A DNA stretch of 63,640 nucleotides from Laetmonice hystrix (GCA_965235115.1 OZ249444.1:23746001-23809640), one strand, 5' to 3'. Positions 12,961-26,738 are shown, numbered from the stretch's first letter. Made by a program: numbers and translations. The notes: generated by a model from the letters alone, not told the origin.

Positions 12961-15900
12961 CCTGTTTTCCTAAAGGTCAGACCTATTACCAAAACATGTA
13001 TAATGACCGTATGAACAAAGAAGGGATCCTCTAATTAAACTGTTTTCAGTGAGATGATTTAGAGAATGTAAACACGGGCAAATGTCAAATCAAATTGCCA
13101 TTTGTACTCTACTGACTCAAACAAACGATCTACTGGTACGACCTCTGTGTAATATTCCATCAGCAATCTGTATCTGTGAGAACCCTCCTTTTATACAGAC
13201 ACGATACATGTCTGCTCACACAGACATCATCCCCCCACCGACATCTGAGGTCTCCCTCACTCACAGGACAGGAAAGAGGAGAGAAGGATGCTGGAGACGC
13301 CGCCGTCACCGAGAGAATAACCTTGGCCGGTCATTGGACGAGTGACCGCGGTGAGATGATGAAACTTCGGCCTCATCGGTTAATAACAGACGACACGAGC
13401 TGATCAAAGTGACCCTAGTGGTGAGTGAGCGAACTAACCGCAACCACAGCTCCGTGTGATGGGACATATCTGCAATCATCAAGGTCACACCTCCGACTGA
13501 ACTCGTCAAATCAAAGACAATGTCGACAGGAATTATCCTCGCCACCTGCCACCTCCACACCGCCCCGGTGTCCTTGACAGCGTCGGTTGACCTTTAACTG
13601 ACCTTCAAGATTACCCTGCCAGAGTTCGATAATTGACTTGCAGGGCTATCCTTCCACTACCGTCAATTTTCCTCTCAAGTGAAGATTATCTTAGATCAAG
13701 GGGCAGGGTTAAGCTGAGGTTGAGACATCATCTCTGCAGCCGAGAAGTTCAGGCGAAAAACGGCTAAATTATTCATGATAGCCATCAAGCACACTCTATG
13801 TATCAAATCCCCAGCTGACTTTTTGAACTAAACTAGAGCGATTTTTCTTGATTAACGTACAGAAATGATGTTTTTGCTGACTCATAGAAGTGCTGCTTCT
13901 CAGGGTGAGCACCAACCAGGCATACCACCCTTTCTTTATGTCAGGACTTCGGTCTATTCCCAATCAAAAATGTCTTTTTGTGCATTTTTATTGATCCACC
14001 CTGGATCTGCTTCTCCCGCATCTGAACTGCATCCTGGATGGAAATGGAAACCTTTTGAGTTATTCCTTTGACAAAGTATTGGCTGTATGACATCCCCTGT
14101 GGCATTTGGGGTCGGTGTGGGGTACTGTGGGTGTGTATGGAGGCGGGTAGTACGGGGGCAGGGAGTCAATCATGGCATCAAACACATCTGTGATCATCAC
14201 AGTCCCTTTGCTCAGTGAAATCATCGAGGACGTCTTGATCAGCCCAGCACTAGTCATCACGCACCGTCCTGGGATCTCCTCCTTCCAATCCGCTCCGACC
14301 GCCAATATTCAACTGTTTGTGGCATGTATAGCATAACTTTAGAAGTAATATTCGTATCTGGCAGTGTTGGCAGAAAATATAGGCCGTTTTGAGTGGGAGA
14401 TTATACCAGAAGGCTGACAAAGGAAACTGTTTCCCAAACTATCTAATAATCTCACAGTTTTGAAACCATATCAGAGTCATGCTCCAGGAATCAACAATAC
14501 TGAGGATAAAGTCTAGGTGACAAAACCATAGTGGTTTCATGATTTCAGAGCTGACTCTATGCCTATTATAAACAGGCTGAGTTTGAAAGGTTTAATAACT
14601 TTTAGATAACTCTGTAGACCACTATCTACAATCTAACCAGAGCACAGGTTCCATAAACGGATTTGATCTTGGTTCAGAAAGAGACTTGCTGATTGAAACA
14701 TGGGAACTATTACTTGGAATACTTGTATTTTGATTTGGTAGGCAGACTTCCCTTCTGTACACACACCGTAAGTAGACATGACAATGATTTGAAGGATTCC
14801 CTGGCGGTTTGTCTGAGCTCACTGCTAACAAGGAAAGACACCCGGGTTCTCCACCATTCAAACGCGCATCCCACTTCACTTCGACTGGCAGCCAAATTAC
14901 TACGGCAACGTTTTATAATAACCCCCTTTTCTCTACTGAATAAAATATGGTTTAGAAAGGCAGGATGTGTCGTAGAAGTGTGTGCCGAATTGACAGCTGG
15001 CAGATTGCCCCTTTGTGGGGAGTTTACTTGTGGTTCAACATGAGGATTGCAGGGTGATGAGAAAAGACATATTACAGTCAGCAGCCACCATTGACACCCA
15101 CGTCATGCTGCTGCCAGTGTCTACATCAATCTGGTCAGGTTTCCTCACAGCAAAGCTCTGACAAAACTTCATCAGTCTCAGATATTGTTGTCATTTAACG
15201 ATTGTGAAATCTTCAGGAACTTCTTCGGAGATTAACACAATTATTATTGGTACAACATCAAATCTTTGCTGTCTGTTCCAATTAATATTATTTCAACGGT
15301 ATGGTAAAGGAACAAGGCTTTTATAATCCTACAAACTACAGTTCGGAAGATAAAGGAAGTTTCCTGGTTCATTTAGCCAACAAAAGAGTAGTGTGGTTTC
15401 TGTAGAAACAGACGTCTGTCTTCTCAGACCCAATGTTTCACTACTCTCTGCATTCCTTCCACATCTGTACTTTGAGCTTTATTGCTTCACTCTTAACGAC
15501 CCTTTCAAGACTAACTACCATTTCTCCTGTAATCACACCCACTGAAGATCTGCAGCTGATGATATCCAAGTAAGTGTGAACGTTTCTAAAAGCACTTTTT
15601 GTGCCATAAGGCTTGCAAACCGAGTGCCCTGCGGGACAAAAACACAGCTTGCCCTTACCAACAAACCTTCCACCAAGGCTGTACCTTTGAGAGTGTTCCA
15701 CTCTGCTTCCAGTGTGAGTGGCTTTCCACATTACACGGGAAGGAAACATAGGATTACAGGAAAACTCGGACTGGTTGTCTTGCCGGCTACTTAGGACTCA
15801 AAGACAGAGGTAGCCTTTGGAAACACGAGCAAGAAAAAACATCAGCAATATCAATAATGTGTGTACACACTGTTTCTTTGATGGTCGTTTGTCTAGGATG

Positions 15901-16286
15901 TGGGGCAACTTTGCTTTGAAGTCTAAACTGCCTACGGGATGGAATGGGTGGTTTCAACGCTCCGACTGCAAGAAAGGAAACACCCCAACAAAGATAAAAC
16001 CCGAGAATTTTTTTTCTATATTTTGTCCCAATCACGGACCTGATAATGACGCTGTGTTCGTCAGCGCCTTTTTCTAAATGGCCACCGGTAGCACAAAGTC
16101 CTATCCTGACCAGATTTGGAATATCCTGAAGTAGCCGACTTTAAACAGGATACTGTGTTATGAGATCAATGTTTTCCATCCACTGGTAGCCACCTTATAG
16201 TCCGCGCTGTCTGTGAAATCCCCTCCACCAGCCTTCAAGGCATGAACACGCTGATTTGGCTATTTGTGCACATTTCAGGGACGCTG

Positions 16287-16301
16287 CCGCCAGGCGGCGC
16301 T
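16287..16301 (+). promoter_or_regulatory. CTCF-like motif
   Basis: CCGCCAGGCGGCGCT, one mismatch to the core, in a CpG-rich patch. Confidence 0.35.
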
Positions 16302-17123
16302 TGGCTCTGTCCACACTAACTCTGCTAACTGGATCAGCACCTCAGTAAAAGGTGACATAAGTCACGAGCCCGGGACAAATACGAGTGCTTCCAGTGACGC
16401 GGCGTTCTGTCAGCGTCCGTAGCGTAACGTCATCTCAGTGTTTACCGTTTTGACAGGGCGAGGACTTACGGCTCACAGGGCCTGCCACGGGCCTCAACGA
16501 CGTACGGAACGCCCGCCTGGTGGACCTGATTGGCCCACTTTGAGATGGTCATGTAAATAACTGGCTCAACTCCTCGGTCCTTGGCAGCGTCCCTCCCTTG
16601 TCGGCAACGACAAGTCTAGCACCTAATTTTTCCCAATCTGCATTTCTATGGGCCTGGCCGATCTTTAAGCTCTAGGGGCCTGCTGGGGATGGGTGGGTAA
16701 GGGATCGCTGCAACATCACTGTATACATGTGTATTTAGAATTCATTCTTCCCTTTAAGGCTGACGGGTACGGGAGTCCATCACCAGGTGAAGCGCCGCCG
16801 ATCATGAATGTCATCAGCTTAAATTTTAATATCAGGAGGATCTAACGGGAAATACAATAATGACCTAGATATACAGGTTTTCACCTGAAACCGCGGAGCG
16901 GATGGATAATGGTTTTCTGTACCTGTTATCGGACGACTCTACACTTGACTCTATGTCTAGTCGACCTTCGTGATCCTAACCTGACACCTCCAGGGCACCT
17001 CCTGACATCGTAACGAGGCTCTTGGTTTGTTCCCTGTCCAGGCATCGTTCACATTCAACCTGTCCTAGGCTGTATCTGGTTCCTAGTGGACTTCACAGGA
17101 CAGGTGACACTGAGATCACAGTA

Positions 17124-17432
17124 CAGGTCACACTGAGGTGTGTCTCTCAGGCTATGATACTGTTTCTCAGGTCACACCGAGGTGTATCTCCCTGGCTATG
17201 ATACTGTTTCTCAGGTCACACTGAGGTGTATCTCCCTGGCTATGATACTGTTTCTCAGGTCACACTGAGGTGTATCTCCCAGGCTATGATACTGTTTCTC
17301 AGGTCACACTGAGGTGTATCTCCCTGGCTATGATACTGTTTCTCAGGTCACACTGAGGTGTATCTCCCAGGCTATGATACTGTTTCTCAGGTCACACTGA
17401 GGTGTATCTCCCCGGCTATGATACTGCTTCTC
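17124..17432. repeat. Minisatellite, 44 bp unit, 7 copies
   Basis: CAGGTCACAC at 17124, 17168 and every 44 bp after. Confidence 0.96.
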
Positions 17433-18324
17433 AGGGGACTGCATACATTCACTCTGCCCCACTTGTTGGAAGAGGCTCGAGTAAGCTGACTGCCTAAACT
17501 GAACCCCTGGCCCGCCAGGTGGGCTGATAAGTCCACCGGGAGTCTTTTCCTGCCTCACCTTCCGCAGTTTGCAGGCTTTACCCCCAATCTCCTTGGTGCC
17601 CTAGCTGTTGTCTACCTCAGTCTCAGATTGGTCGGCTGATGTTGCCGGAGGCTGTTGTGCTTGAGGCGACCTCACAGAACTCCGGAGGCATTCACCCCGG
17701 CTCGAGTGACCCGACAAGGTCAATGACTGCTAGTGGCCATCATCAAAAGATCACGATCCAATATGAAAGACATTTTTTTCCGAGATCAATATTTAATTTC
17801 CATTAACAAATGAAAAGTTAAAGATGGTAACACTCTAGTTGCACCAAGACCGGATATTTGATATTTAATTTCGTTTGCAATATCAAAGCAAGAATATGAC
17901 TAAACCCGGAGGTGTGTGTTGTGTGGACGTGTGTGTATGTGGTGAAGGCGTGTGTGTCGTGTGGACGTGTATGTGAAGACAACCAATGAGAAGTAGCCCA
18001 GGACTAGACTTGACAGTAAACGCAAGCCATGGTGGACTGGAAGCTGTAACTGTCACCCGACTGGTCCATCCTGCGTCCCCAGTGCCGTGTACCAGATCAT
18101 GTGACCTCGGCCTTAATGGAAAGGCCTTTCCTTTCTCAGGTCAAAACGAAGTGACCCAACTTCTGTGAAGGCATCTGGAGTGTGAGCAGGTCCTTAACAT
18201 GGTCAAGCTGGCAGTCGGCCCGGGTCCATCCAATTACTGTCCAGCCCAGCCCCTGGCAGGTCCGTCTCACTGCTCCACTCGTCAACCCCCTCTCACTCTG
18301 TCCCTCTCTCGATCTTGATTTATC

Positions 18325-19517
18325 GGAGACTCACAGACCGTGCCACTTTCTCTCCGTCCTCCTGTAGGAGGCTGGTGGTGGAGGATGGCGCTGACAGACA
18401 TCGTGTGCCGGGAGACTCACAGACCGTGCCACTTTCTCTCCGTCCTCCTGTAGGAGGCCGGTGGTGGAGGATGGCGCTGACAGACATCGTGTGCCGGGAG
18501 ACTCACAGACCGTGCCACTTTCTCTCCTTCCTCCTGTAGGAGGCCGGTGGTGGAGGATGGCGCTGACAGACATCGTGTGCCGGGAGACTCACAGACCGTG
18601 CCACTTTCTCTCCGTCCTCCTGTAGGAGGCTGGTGGTGGAGGATGGCGCTGACAGACATCGTGTGCCGGGAGACTCACAGACCGTGCCACTTTCTCTCCG
18701 TCCTCCTGTAGGAGGCTGGTGGTGGAGGATGGCGCTGACAGACCGTGCCACTTTCTCTCCGTCCTCCTGTAGGCAGGAGGCCGGTGGTGGAGGATGGCGC
18801 TGACAGACATCGTGTGCCGGGAGACTCACAGACCGTGCCACTTTCTCTCCGTCCTCCTGTAGGAGGCTGGTGGTGGAGGATGGCGCTGACAGACCGTGCC
18901 ACTTTCTCTCCGTCCTCCTGTAGGCAGGAGGCCGGTGGTGGAGGATGGCGCTGACAGACATCGTGTGCCGGGAGACTCACAGACCGTGCCACTTTCTCTC
19001 CGTCCTCCTGTAGGAGGCCGGTGGTGGAGGATGGCGCTGACAGACATCGTGTGCCGGGAGACTCCCAGACCGTGCCACTTTCTCTCCGTCCTCCTGTAGG
19101 AGGCCGGTGGTGGAGGATGGCGCTGACAGACATCGTGTGCCGGGAGACTCACAGACCGTGCCACTTTCTCTCCGTCCTCCTGTAGGAGGCTGGTGGTGGA
19201 GGATGGCGCTGACAGACATCGTGTGCCGGGAGACTCCCAGACCGTGCCACTTTCTCTCCGTCCTCCTGTAGGAGGCCGGTGGTGGAGGATGGCGCTGACA
19301 GACATCGTGTGCCGGGAGACTCACAGACCGTGCCACTTTCTCTCCGTCCTCCTGTAGGAGGCCGGTGGTGGAGGATGGTGCTGACAGACATCGTGTGCGG
19401 GAGACTCACAGACCGTGCCACTTTCTCTCCGTCCTCCTGTAGGAGGCTGGTGGTGGAGGATGGCGCTGACAGACATCGTGTGCCGGGAGACTCACAGACC
19501 GTGCCACTTTCTCTCCG
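18325..19517. repeat. Minisatellite, 86 bp unit, about 14 copies, with deleted and inserted variants
   Basis: GGAGACTCAC at 18325, 18411 and onward. Truncated units and GTAGGCAGGAGG variants at 18720-18950. Confidence 0.96.
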
Positions 19518-20892
19518 CTGACGGACGCTGGGTGACCGTACTCCCGTCCTCTGTGCCCGCCTCCCATCTCCCCACGGATAACAATTAATTATTGTCGTCA
19601 GCTGGACACGCCTGGTACCGTCACCTGATTGGTTCTGACCCGTCCGAGATTGTCAGCTGATTGGTAATGACCTGGCTGCTACGCCTTCATCTGCTTGACC
19701 TGCGCAGGTGGAGACTGAGAGAGGAAGCGACTGGCGCAGACCTGAGTAGTCGGCCTTTTTTTCTCCATCCTAATTGGTTTCTCTGCCAACAAACGGACTT
19801 GGCAATTGTTCAGTTTTGCGCTCGTTGGTTCTATAGGATTGATCATCCTGACTTTGAATTAAATCAACTAAAACCAGAGAAAAGACTATTGATGTTGAAC
19901 GGCATCAGGTCATACAAGTAGAAAGAGAATTTTGTTAAAGCCAACTGACTATAAAACATTGATAGGACTGTCTTCTTGATCTCATGACACATCAAGAAAT
20001 GGCAAAAATGTTATTTCTAGATGCATGCAGAAAAATATCTCTGCCTTTTGGGTCAGAATTGTGCCGGAGAGGCATGGGGAAGGTAATTCCTATCACGAAT
20101 ATGCTTTAAAGGGTTTTGTCACACATTCATCATTTCTTCTTCAATACTATTTACCTAATTCCATGTTCTGATGTGTCTCCGGGACAATATACAACACTTC
20201 CAGACAGGGAGAAAAAGCATTTCCATGCAAGTATTTGATTGTGGGAGCTGTAGCGACTGTGCGGAATTCATACATAATTCAGTCTCAAAACAAATGTGCC
20301 GTGGGCTGTGTGAATCCGACAATCTATTAAACGATATCCTTAACGGTTTCAATTTACAACAGCAGACAAGGCGCATGAATAACTTTTTACTTGAAGCGTC
20401 GACTTCCCATATAAATGGTGGCACTAACAAATGATCAACCTCAATTTGAGGCTCAGAAACGCTGCAGTGCATTCCAACCATTTCCTGCATACATTATTCT
20501 CATTGCATGGTGCGATCGATTTTCATTATACCCAAAGTTTTCATTATATTCGGGATCAGGCACGTCCGACAACAGCGAGAAATGGTTGTCATACGAAGGG
20601 TTTCATAAATAAACCACAGTCGGTGAAGTTATCGGGGGTGCTTCAGTCTCCTGCTGTCCTCAGGATGAGCGGTGGGGGAGGGAGGGGGTAGTGGGGGGTT
20701 GTCATCAGAACTTATGAATACATAACACGGGCCACAACTTACGAATACATCACACGGGCCTGATCAGCTTACAGACCGATCGTTATTTGCGACATTAACT
20801 AATGACACGTCATGCACTCCCAGCCTGCGGGTCATCACGTTAAAACACAACCCGCCCGTTTTATGGCTCGTTGTCCTTTGTCTTCGACGGCT

Positions 20893-21224
20893 GATCCCAC
20901 TTTTGTCTACGACTACCGATCCCACTTTTGTCTACGACTACCGATCCCACTTTTGTCTACGACTACCGATCCCACTTTTGTCTACGACTACCGATCCCAC
21001 TTTTGTCTACGACTACCGATCACACTTTTGTCTACGACTACCGATCACACTTTTGTCTACGACTACCGATCACACTTTTGTCTACGACTACCGATCACAC
21101 TTTTGTCTACGACTACCGATCACACTTTTGTCTACGACTACCGATCACACTTTTGTCTACGACTACCGATCACACTTTTGTCTACGACTACCGATCACAC
21201 TTTTGTCTACGACTACCGATCACT
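20893..21224. repeat. Minisatellite, 25 bp unit, 13 copies
   Basis: GATC(C/A)CACTTTTGTCTACGACTACC; 5 C-type copies, then 8 A-type copies. Confidence 0.97.
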
Positions 21225-21929
21225 TACACCGGAAATCGGACAAATTATACCGCTATTTTACGGCCGTCAAGACGGACAGTGATCTATCTACGAACTGGAA
21301 GAGTTGGGATTAATAATATTATTTTTCACGTCTGTATACAATATATGGGCCAGGCAAAGCCAATAAAATTATATTAATATGGACATCGAGTTTAGAACCG
21401 ACATTACACAGACAGTCGCTGTTGAAGTCAATTTAACTGCATGGAAGTTCGTAAAACATGCATTACTGAAGATATTTCACATTTGGTGAATATGACTTCA
21501 CAACATTCAAACCCCACAGCTGCATATATAACAACACACATCAATATCTTTTTACTTAGACATTTATTCCCCATTATACGTGGTGCATATAAAGAAAAAT
21601 TTCACGCAATTATTAGAACATTCCTTTTTTGGTAACCAGATAAAAAGAGTTTCCGAAGTGGGGTATACCGACTCTCAACACCGATACTCCTGCAGACATT
21701 GACTCATTTAATGAATACAAATCACTTGGCTGAGATATATCAGTAGACATAAATAGACTCTGAGAGCTGATGACAGGTGAATATTGTAATGTAGGAGATG
21801 GAAAACTGCAGACAAGTGCTGACTATAAATCAGGAAATTATCACTTTTTACTTGCAGGTTGTTATTTTCCCTCCCCCTTCCCCAGAATCTGCGTTTCTCG
21901 CTCCTTTCTTCTGAGTCTTCATAAAGTGA

Positions 21930-22440
21930 CTATGTCCGCGACCCAGGTGATATCAGCAGGACACTGATGCTTCATAACGGGACCATGTCCCTGGTGACAT
22001 ACTGAGCCTTCATTACGGGATCATGTCCCAGACCCAGGTGACATCAGCGGCTTACTGAGCCTTCATTACAGGATCATGTCCCAGACCCAGGTGATATCAG
22101 CGGCATATTGACCCTTTATGGCGGGACTATGTCCCATACCCAGGTGACATCAGCGGCATACTGAGCCTTCATTACAGGATCATGTCCCAGACCCAGGTGA
22201 TATCAGCAGGACACTGATGCTTCATAACGGGACCATGTCCCTGGTGACATACTGAGCCTTCATTACGGGATCATGTCCCAGACCCAGGTGACATCAGCGG
22301 CATACTGAGCCTTCATTACGGGATCATGTCCCATACCCAGGTGACATCAGCGGCATACTGAGCCTTCATTACGGGATCATGTCCCCGACCCAGGTGACAT
22401 CAGCGGCTTACTGAGCCTTCATATCGAGACTATGTCCCAG
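21930..22440. repeat. Diverged minisatellite, 53 bp unit, with a 250-bp higher-order block
   Basis: ACCCAGGTG at 22032, 22085, 22138, 22191. The variant block ACCCAGGTGATATCAGCAGGACACTGATGC occurs at 21941 and 22191. Confidence 0.9.
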
Positions 22441-23629
22441 ATACAAGTGCACCGTCTGATGACCCAGGTGCAGTCTCTCAGCAAGGTCAGCCTGCGGACC
22501 CATGTGTCCGTGCCATCCCATCCCACAGCTGTCCTGTAGCCGGGTTCCATGGCCAGGGTACAGGGTCCCAATGACAGGAGATGTTGGTTTCCGACACAAA
22601 CCCCATTTGTTGACATCCTGACAGGATGAACGCCGGACGACACCATTTGTATCATCACCACGCGGCGTCTGTCACCATTCAGCCCACACCTTCAACCGTT
22701 TTTTTGTGTGTGTTTTTTTTTGTGGTGGTGGGGGGCTTTTTTCTTTATCTAATCACTGATATTATACAGCGTTCTGACTGTATAGTTTATATCTCAACAC
22801 GATCTAAAGAAAGACCATGGCGAAGGCACAGTTTAAGCTGAAACCACGAGCATCCCTTCTATTCTTTCTTGGCTATATATAGTTAATAATTCTGTTATAT
22901 ATCATAAATTCTATGTGCGCATGATTGATGCGAATGACAACCCCCACCTCCCCTCCATGGACAGCAAACGTCTCCCTACAGTCAGAATCTTTAAAAGCAT
23001 TCATATTTTTGGAAAGCGACTGATCCCAACTGGGTGGCCTCTATTTCCAATCTCCTCTACTAAATCATTAGAAAGCGCCTCCTAGCGTGACACATTAGCA
23101 AAGCAAACACATCAGGTCCACATCTGGCTTGAAAAGGGAGAAAAAACGGCACCGGATATATAGTTGGACTCCCCAAGGTGTACCCGTCTCAGGGCGACCT
23201 GGACGTACCTCCGTATCCATGGAAACACTGCCCATTACATGATCCCCGCTAGCTGGGCTTTCAGGTGGAAGTATCACTAAACAGCATGAAATCTGAGGGT
23301 TAAAAAAAACGGATTTAAATTAAAGCAGTCGGCTGAGAGCCATCGCCGTCCGGGTAAGGAGGTGGGAGTGGAGAACGAGTGTGGGAAGGAGGCATGAAAC
23401 ACCAGACAGAGGATGAAAGAAATAGATACAGGCAAAACGACGGGAGGGAATGTCTGGACCTGGCTGTGATTACAGCAGACAAGGTGAAACATAAACGAAA
23501 GACGGGACAAATGGGGACAGAAAATGACCAAAATAAAGACAAAAATAGAAAAGTAAATTAGCAGAATCTCAGTATCATGAGACAGAAGGGAAAGTAAGAG
23601 CCCAGAGAAGCGGGATAAGGTCAGAGCTG

Positions 23630-24138
23630 TTGGATTGACAGTCAACTGTTGATTATTGGGTTAGTGTTTGGAAGGCCTGTGAGTGTGAAACAAGTCCTCG
23701 ACCAGCTGTAACTGACAGTCAACTGTTGATTATTGGGTTGGTGTTTGGAAGGCCTGTGAGTGTGAAACAAGTCCTCCACCAGCTGTAACTGACAGTCAAC
23801 TGTTGATTATTGGGTTGGTGTTTGGAAGGCCTGTGAGTGTGAAACAAGTCCTCGACCAGCTGTAACTGACAGTCAACTGTTGATTATTGGGTTGGTGTTT
23901 GGAAGGCCTGTGAGTGTGAAACAAGTCCTCGACCAGCTGTAACTGACAGTCAACTGTTGATTATTGGGTTGGTGTTTGGAAGGCCTGTGAGTGTGAAACA
24001 AGTCCTCGACCAGCTGTAACTGACAGTCAACTGTTGATTATTGGGTTGGTGTTTGGAAGGCCTGTGAGTGTGAAACAAGTCCTCCACCAGCTGTAACTGA
24101 CAGTCAACTGTTGATTATTGGGTTGGTGTTTGGAAGGC
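23630..24138. repeat. Minisatellite, 77 bp unit, about 6.5 copies
   Basis: CAGCTGTAAC at 23703, 23780, 23857 and onward. Confidence 0.96.
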
Positions 24139-24412
24139 CATGGAACCCCATCACCGCCACCACCAATCCATACATTAACCATGACCAACCTACACACCCC
24201 TCCTGAGGATTAATGCCAAATCGGACCGACTAAATCCCCGGCCGGGCCAGATTGAACTGGATCTAATTTTCTCTCCTCGGTCCCCGGCCGGAGATACCCT
24301 CGTCTTTCAGTGACCAAAGAGGTCATTGAAGGCAGTAATCGGGCAATCTGGATGCTGGCCAGACACGGGGACCGGTCTGGTGGGGCCTCGTCCGACCTCT
24401 CCCTGCCACCTT

Positions 24413-25320
24413 CTCTAATCAACAATCTACACTCCCTGCTCTCCACTCTAATCATCAATCAACACTCCTTGCTCTCTACTCTAATCATCAATCTACACTC
24501 CCTGCTCTCCACTCTAATCATCAATCTACACTCCCTGCTCTCCACTCTAAACAACAATCTACCCTCCCTGCTCTCCACTCTAATCATCAATCTACACTCC
24601 TTGCTCTCTACTCTAATCATCAATCTACACTCCCTGCTCTCCACTCTAATCATCAATCTACACTCCCTGCTCTCTACTCTAATCATCAATCTACACTCCC
24701 TGCTCTCCACTCTAATCATCAATCTACACTCCCTGCTCTCTACTCTAATCATCAATCTACACTCCCTGCTCTCCACTCTAATCATCAATCAACACTCCCT
24801 GCTCTCCACTCTAATCATCAATCTACACTCCCTGCTCTCCACTCTAAACAACAATCTACCCTCCCTGCTCTCCACTCTAATCATCAATCTACACTCCTTG
24901 CTCTCTACTCTAATCATCAATCTACCCTCCCTGCTCTCCACTCTAATCATCAATCTACACTCCCTGCTCTCTACTCTAATCATCAATCTACACTCCCTGC
25001 TCTCCACTCTAATCATCAATCTACACTCCCTGCTCTCTACTCTAATCATCAATCTACACTCCCTGCTCTCCACTCTAATCATCAATCAACACTCCCTGCT
25101 CTCCACTCTAATCATCAATCTACACTCCCTGCTCTCCACTCTAATCAACAATCTACACTCCCTGCTCTCCACTCTAAACAACAATCTACGCTCCCTGCTC
25201 TCCACTCTAAACAACAATCTACCCTCCCTGCTCTCCACTCTAATCATCAATCTACACTCCCTGCTCTCCACTCTAATCAACAATCTACACTCCCTGCTCT
25301 CTACTCTAATCATCAACCTA
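24413..25320. repeat. Minisatellite, 33 bp unit, about 27 copies
   Basis: Unit CTCTAATCATCAATCTACACTCCCTGCTCTCCA. Generates the LHSLLSTLIIN and MIRVESRECRL ORFs. Confidence 0.97.
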
Positions 25321-25985
25321 ATCAGCAGACGACGTCCTGTCTCACGTACGTCAAACAACATAAATCCCAGGTTTGACGTCTCCAGGTCCCATCCGTTTTT
25401 GGCCCGCTGATCATAATTGAAACGGTTGCTCTCTGAAGTCCCTGGCATTCTCATGACTAATCCCCACCTCCCGGATGCTCTTAGCGCCCTCTGTCGACTA
25501 CTCACCCGGCGTCACCATGGTGATACCTAGAGAGCTCCACTGACGTCTTAATAACGTTTCTCCCAGTCAACCTCCAGTATTTTACAATTGGGGAAACCCG
25601 ATTCACATATTTCAAGCGGGAATGAAGTCGACCTACCTATTCTGGTTACCAGATTCTGTGATTTTACCCATGAACAATTTCGTTTTGGAGAATCCTCAAG
25701 TGGGTATGAAGTACCCGTTCTTCTGATCAACGAACTCTTGCTTTCCACAAGTAGCTTTACTTTTACATATAAAGGCATCGGATGTATGGGTTGCTCCCCC
25801 GTATAAATTTTCTCAAAGCTTGTAAAAGGACAATCTTACCGCCATAAAATAATCAATGGTTATAGAGAGGGGTCGAAATACCCCCCCCCCCTCCCCCGGG
25901 AGAGTTGTCCGGTAACCCACCCGTCAGTTAAACCATGTCGGGACAGACATTATTAACTGATGCGATATCTCATACGCCGACTTAC

Positions 25986-26017
25986 TTTCCGTCCTCCTAC
26001 GGGGACTAGCTCTCCTC
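25986..26017 (-). other. Candidate 32-nt microexon
   Basis: Minus strand GCGCTTTTTGTTCAG|GAGGAGAGCTAGTCCCCGTAGGAGGACGGAAA|GTAAGT. Open in two frames (GELVPVGGRK or RRASPRRRTE). Confidence 0.35.
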
Positions 26018-26738
26018 CTGAACAAAAAGCGCCAGGGTCATCTAGTACAATGCCCGGAGTCCTCCTGTGAGATCGATGGATCCCAGGCTGCATATCAACG
26101 ACGCGTTTGTGGGCCAGGGTTGCTACGGGGGGTTGCTAGAGGGCGCGCGTGAGGTCAAGGTAGGTATCACTCAGCCGTGGTAGTACTGCCTCCTATTCCA
26201 TGGCCCACCTTCCCATCAATCATGTACCACCTACGGACGCCTGATTCCACCTGCCAAAACAATGGGCCCCCATTACTGCTGCCATGGTTTCTGTTACTAT
26301 GGTGATTTCTATTTTATCACCAGGACCCCTGGGGCGAAGTGGTGATCAGAAATAAGTATCTGGTTATGTGGGCAGTTTTTGCCTTCATTTCCTGGCAGTG
26401 GGAAGGGCAGAGGGTGGTGGCTCTGTCTGTTAGCACGCCAGATAAGATTGTCCTCGATAATCTATCCGAAGGTCACCTGAAGGTCAATTCATCATTTGGC
26501 ATGCCATTCACAGTGAGTGCGCGATGCTGTTCCTCAATCACTCAAGTCTCCCCCATGACCCTCACCAGTGATAGAAACGGCGAGAAAGGGGGCCTTCCGT
26601 GCACTTCATTGTAGAAGGCATCGTTCGTATTCGGGTTGACCCATCTAGCCTGGTGTGCGATTCTGGGTTAGCTTACTATAATTTAGATTTTAGAGAACTA
26701 CACCAAACAAATATATGTGTGTGGGGATAGGGGTGAGA

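Noticed and set aside
14693-15043. YFDLVGRLP, resembling a retroviral integrase core start
   Set aside because: The following residues do not match the DDE core.
23466-23567. 102-nt AG-free pyrimidine tract with CTAAT on the minus strand (distant branch point layout)
   Set aside because: No convincing donor downstream; it is part of a wider low-complexity purine/pyrimidine tract.
25548-25830. GGATHTSDAF, resembling a VWA motif; other stop-interrupted frames
   Set aside because: Multiple stops and no further VWA features.
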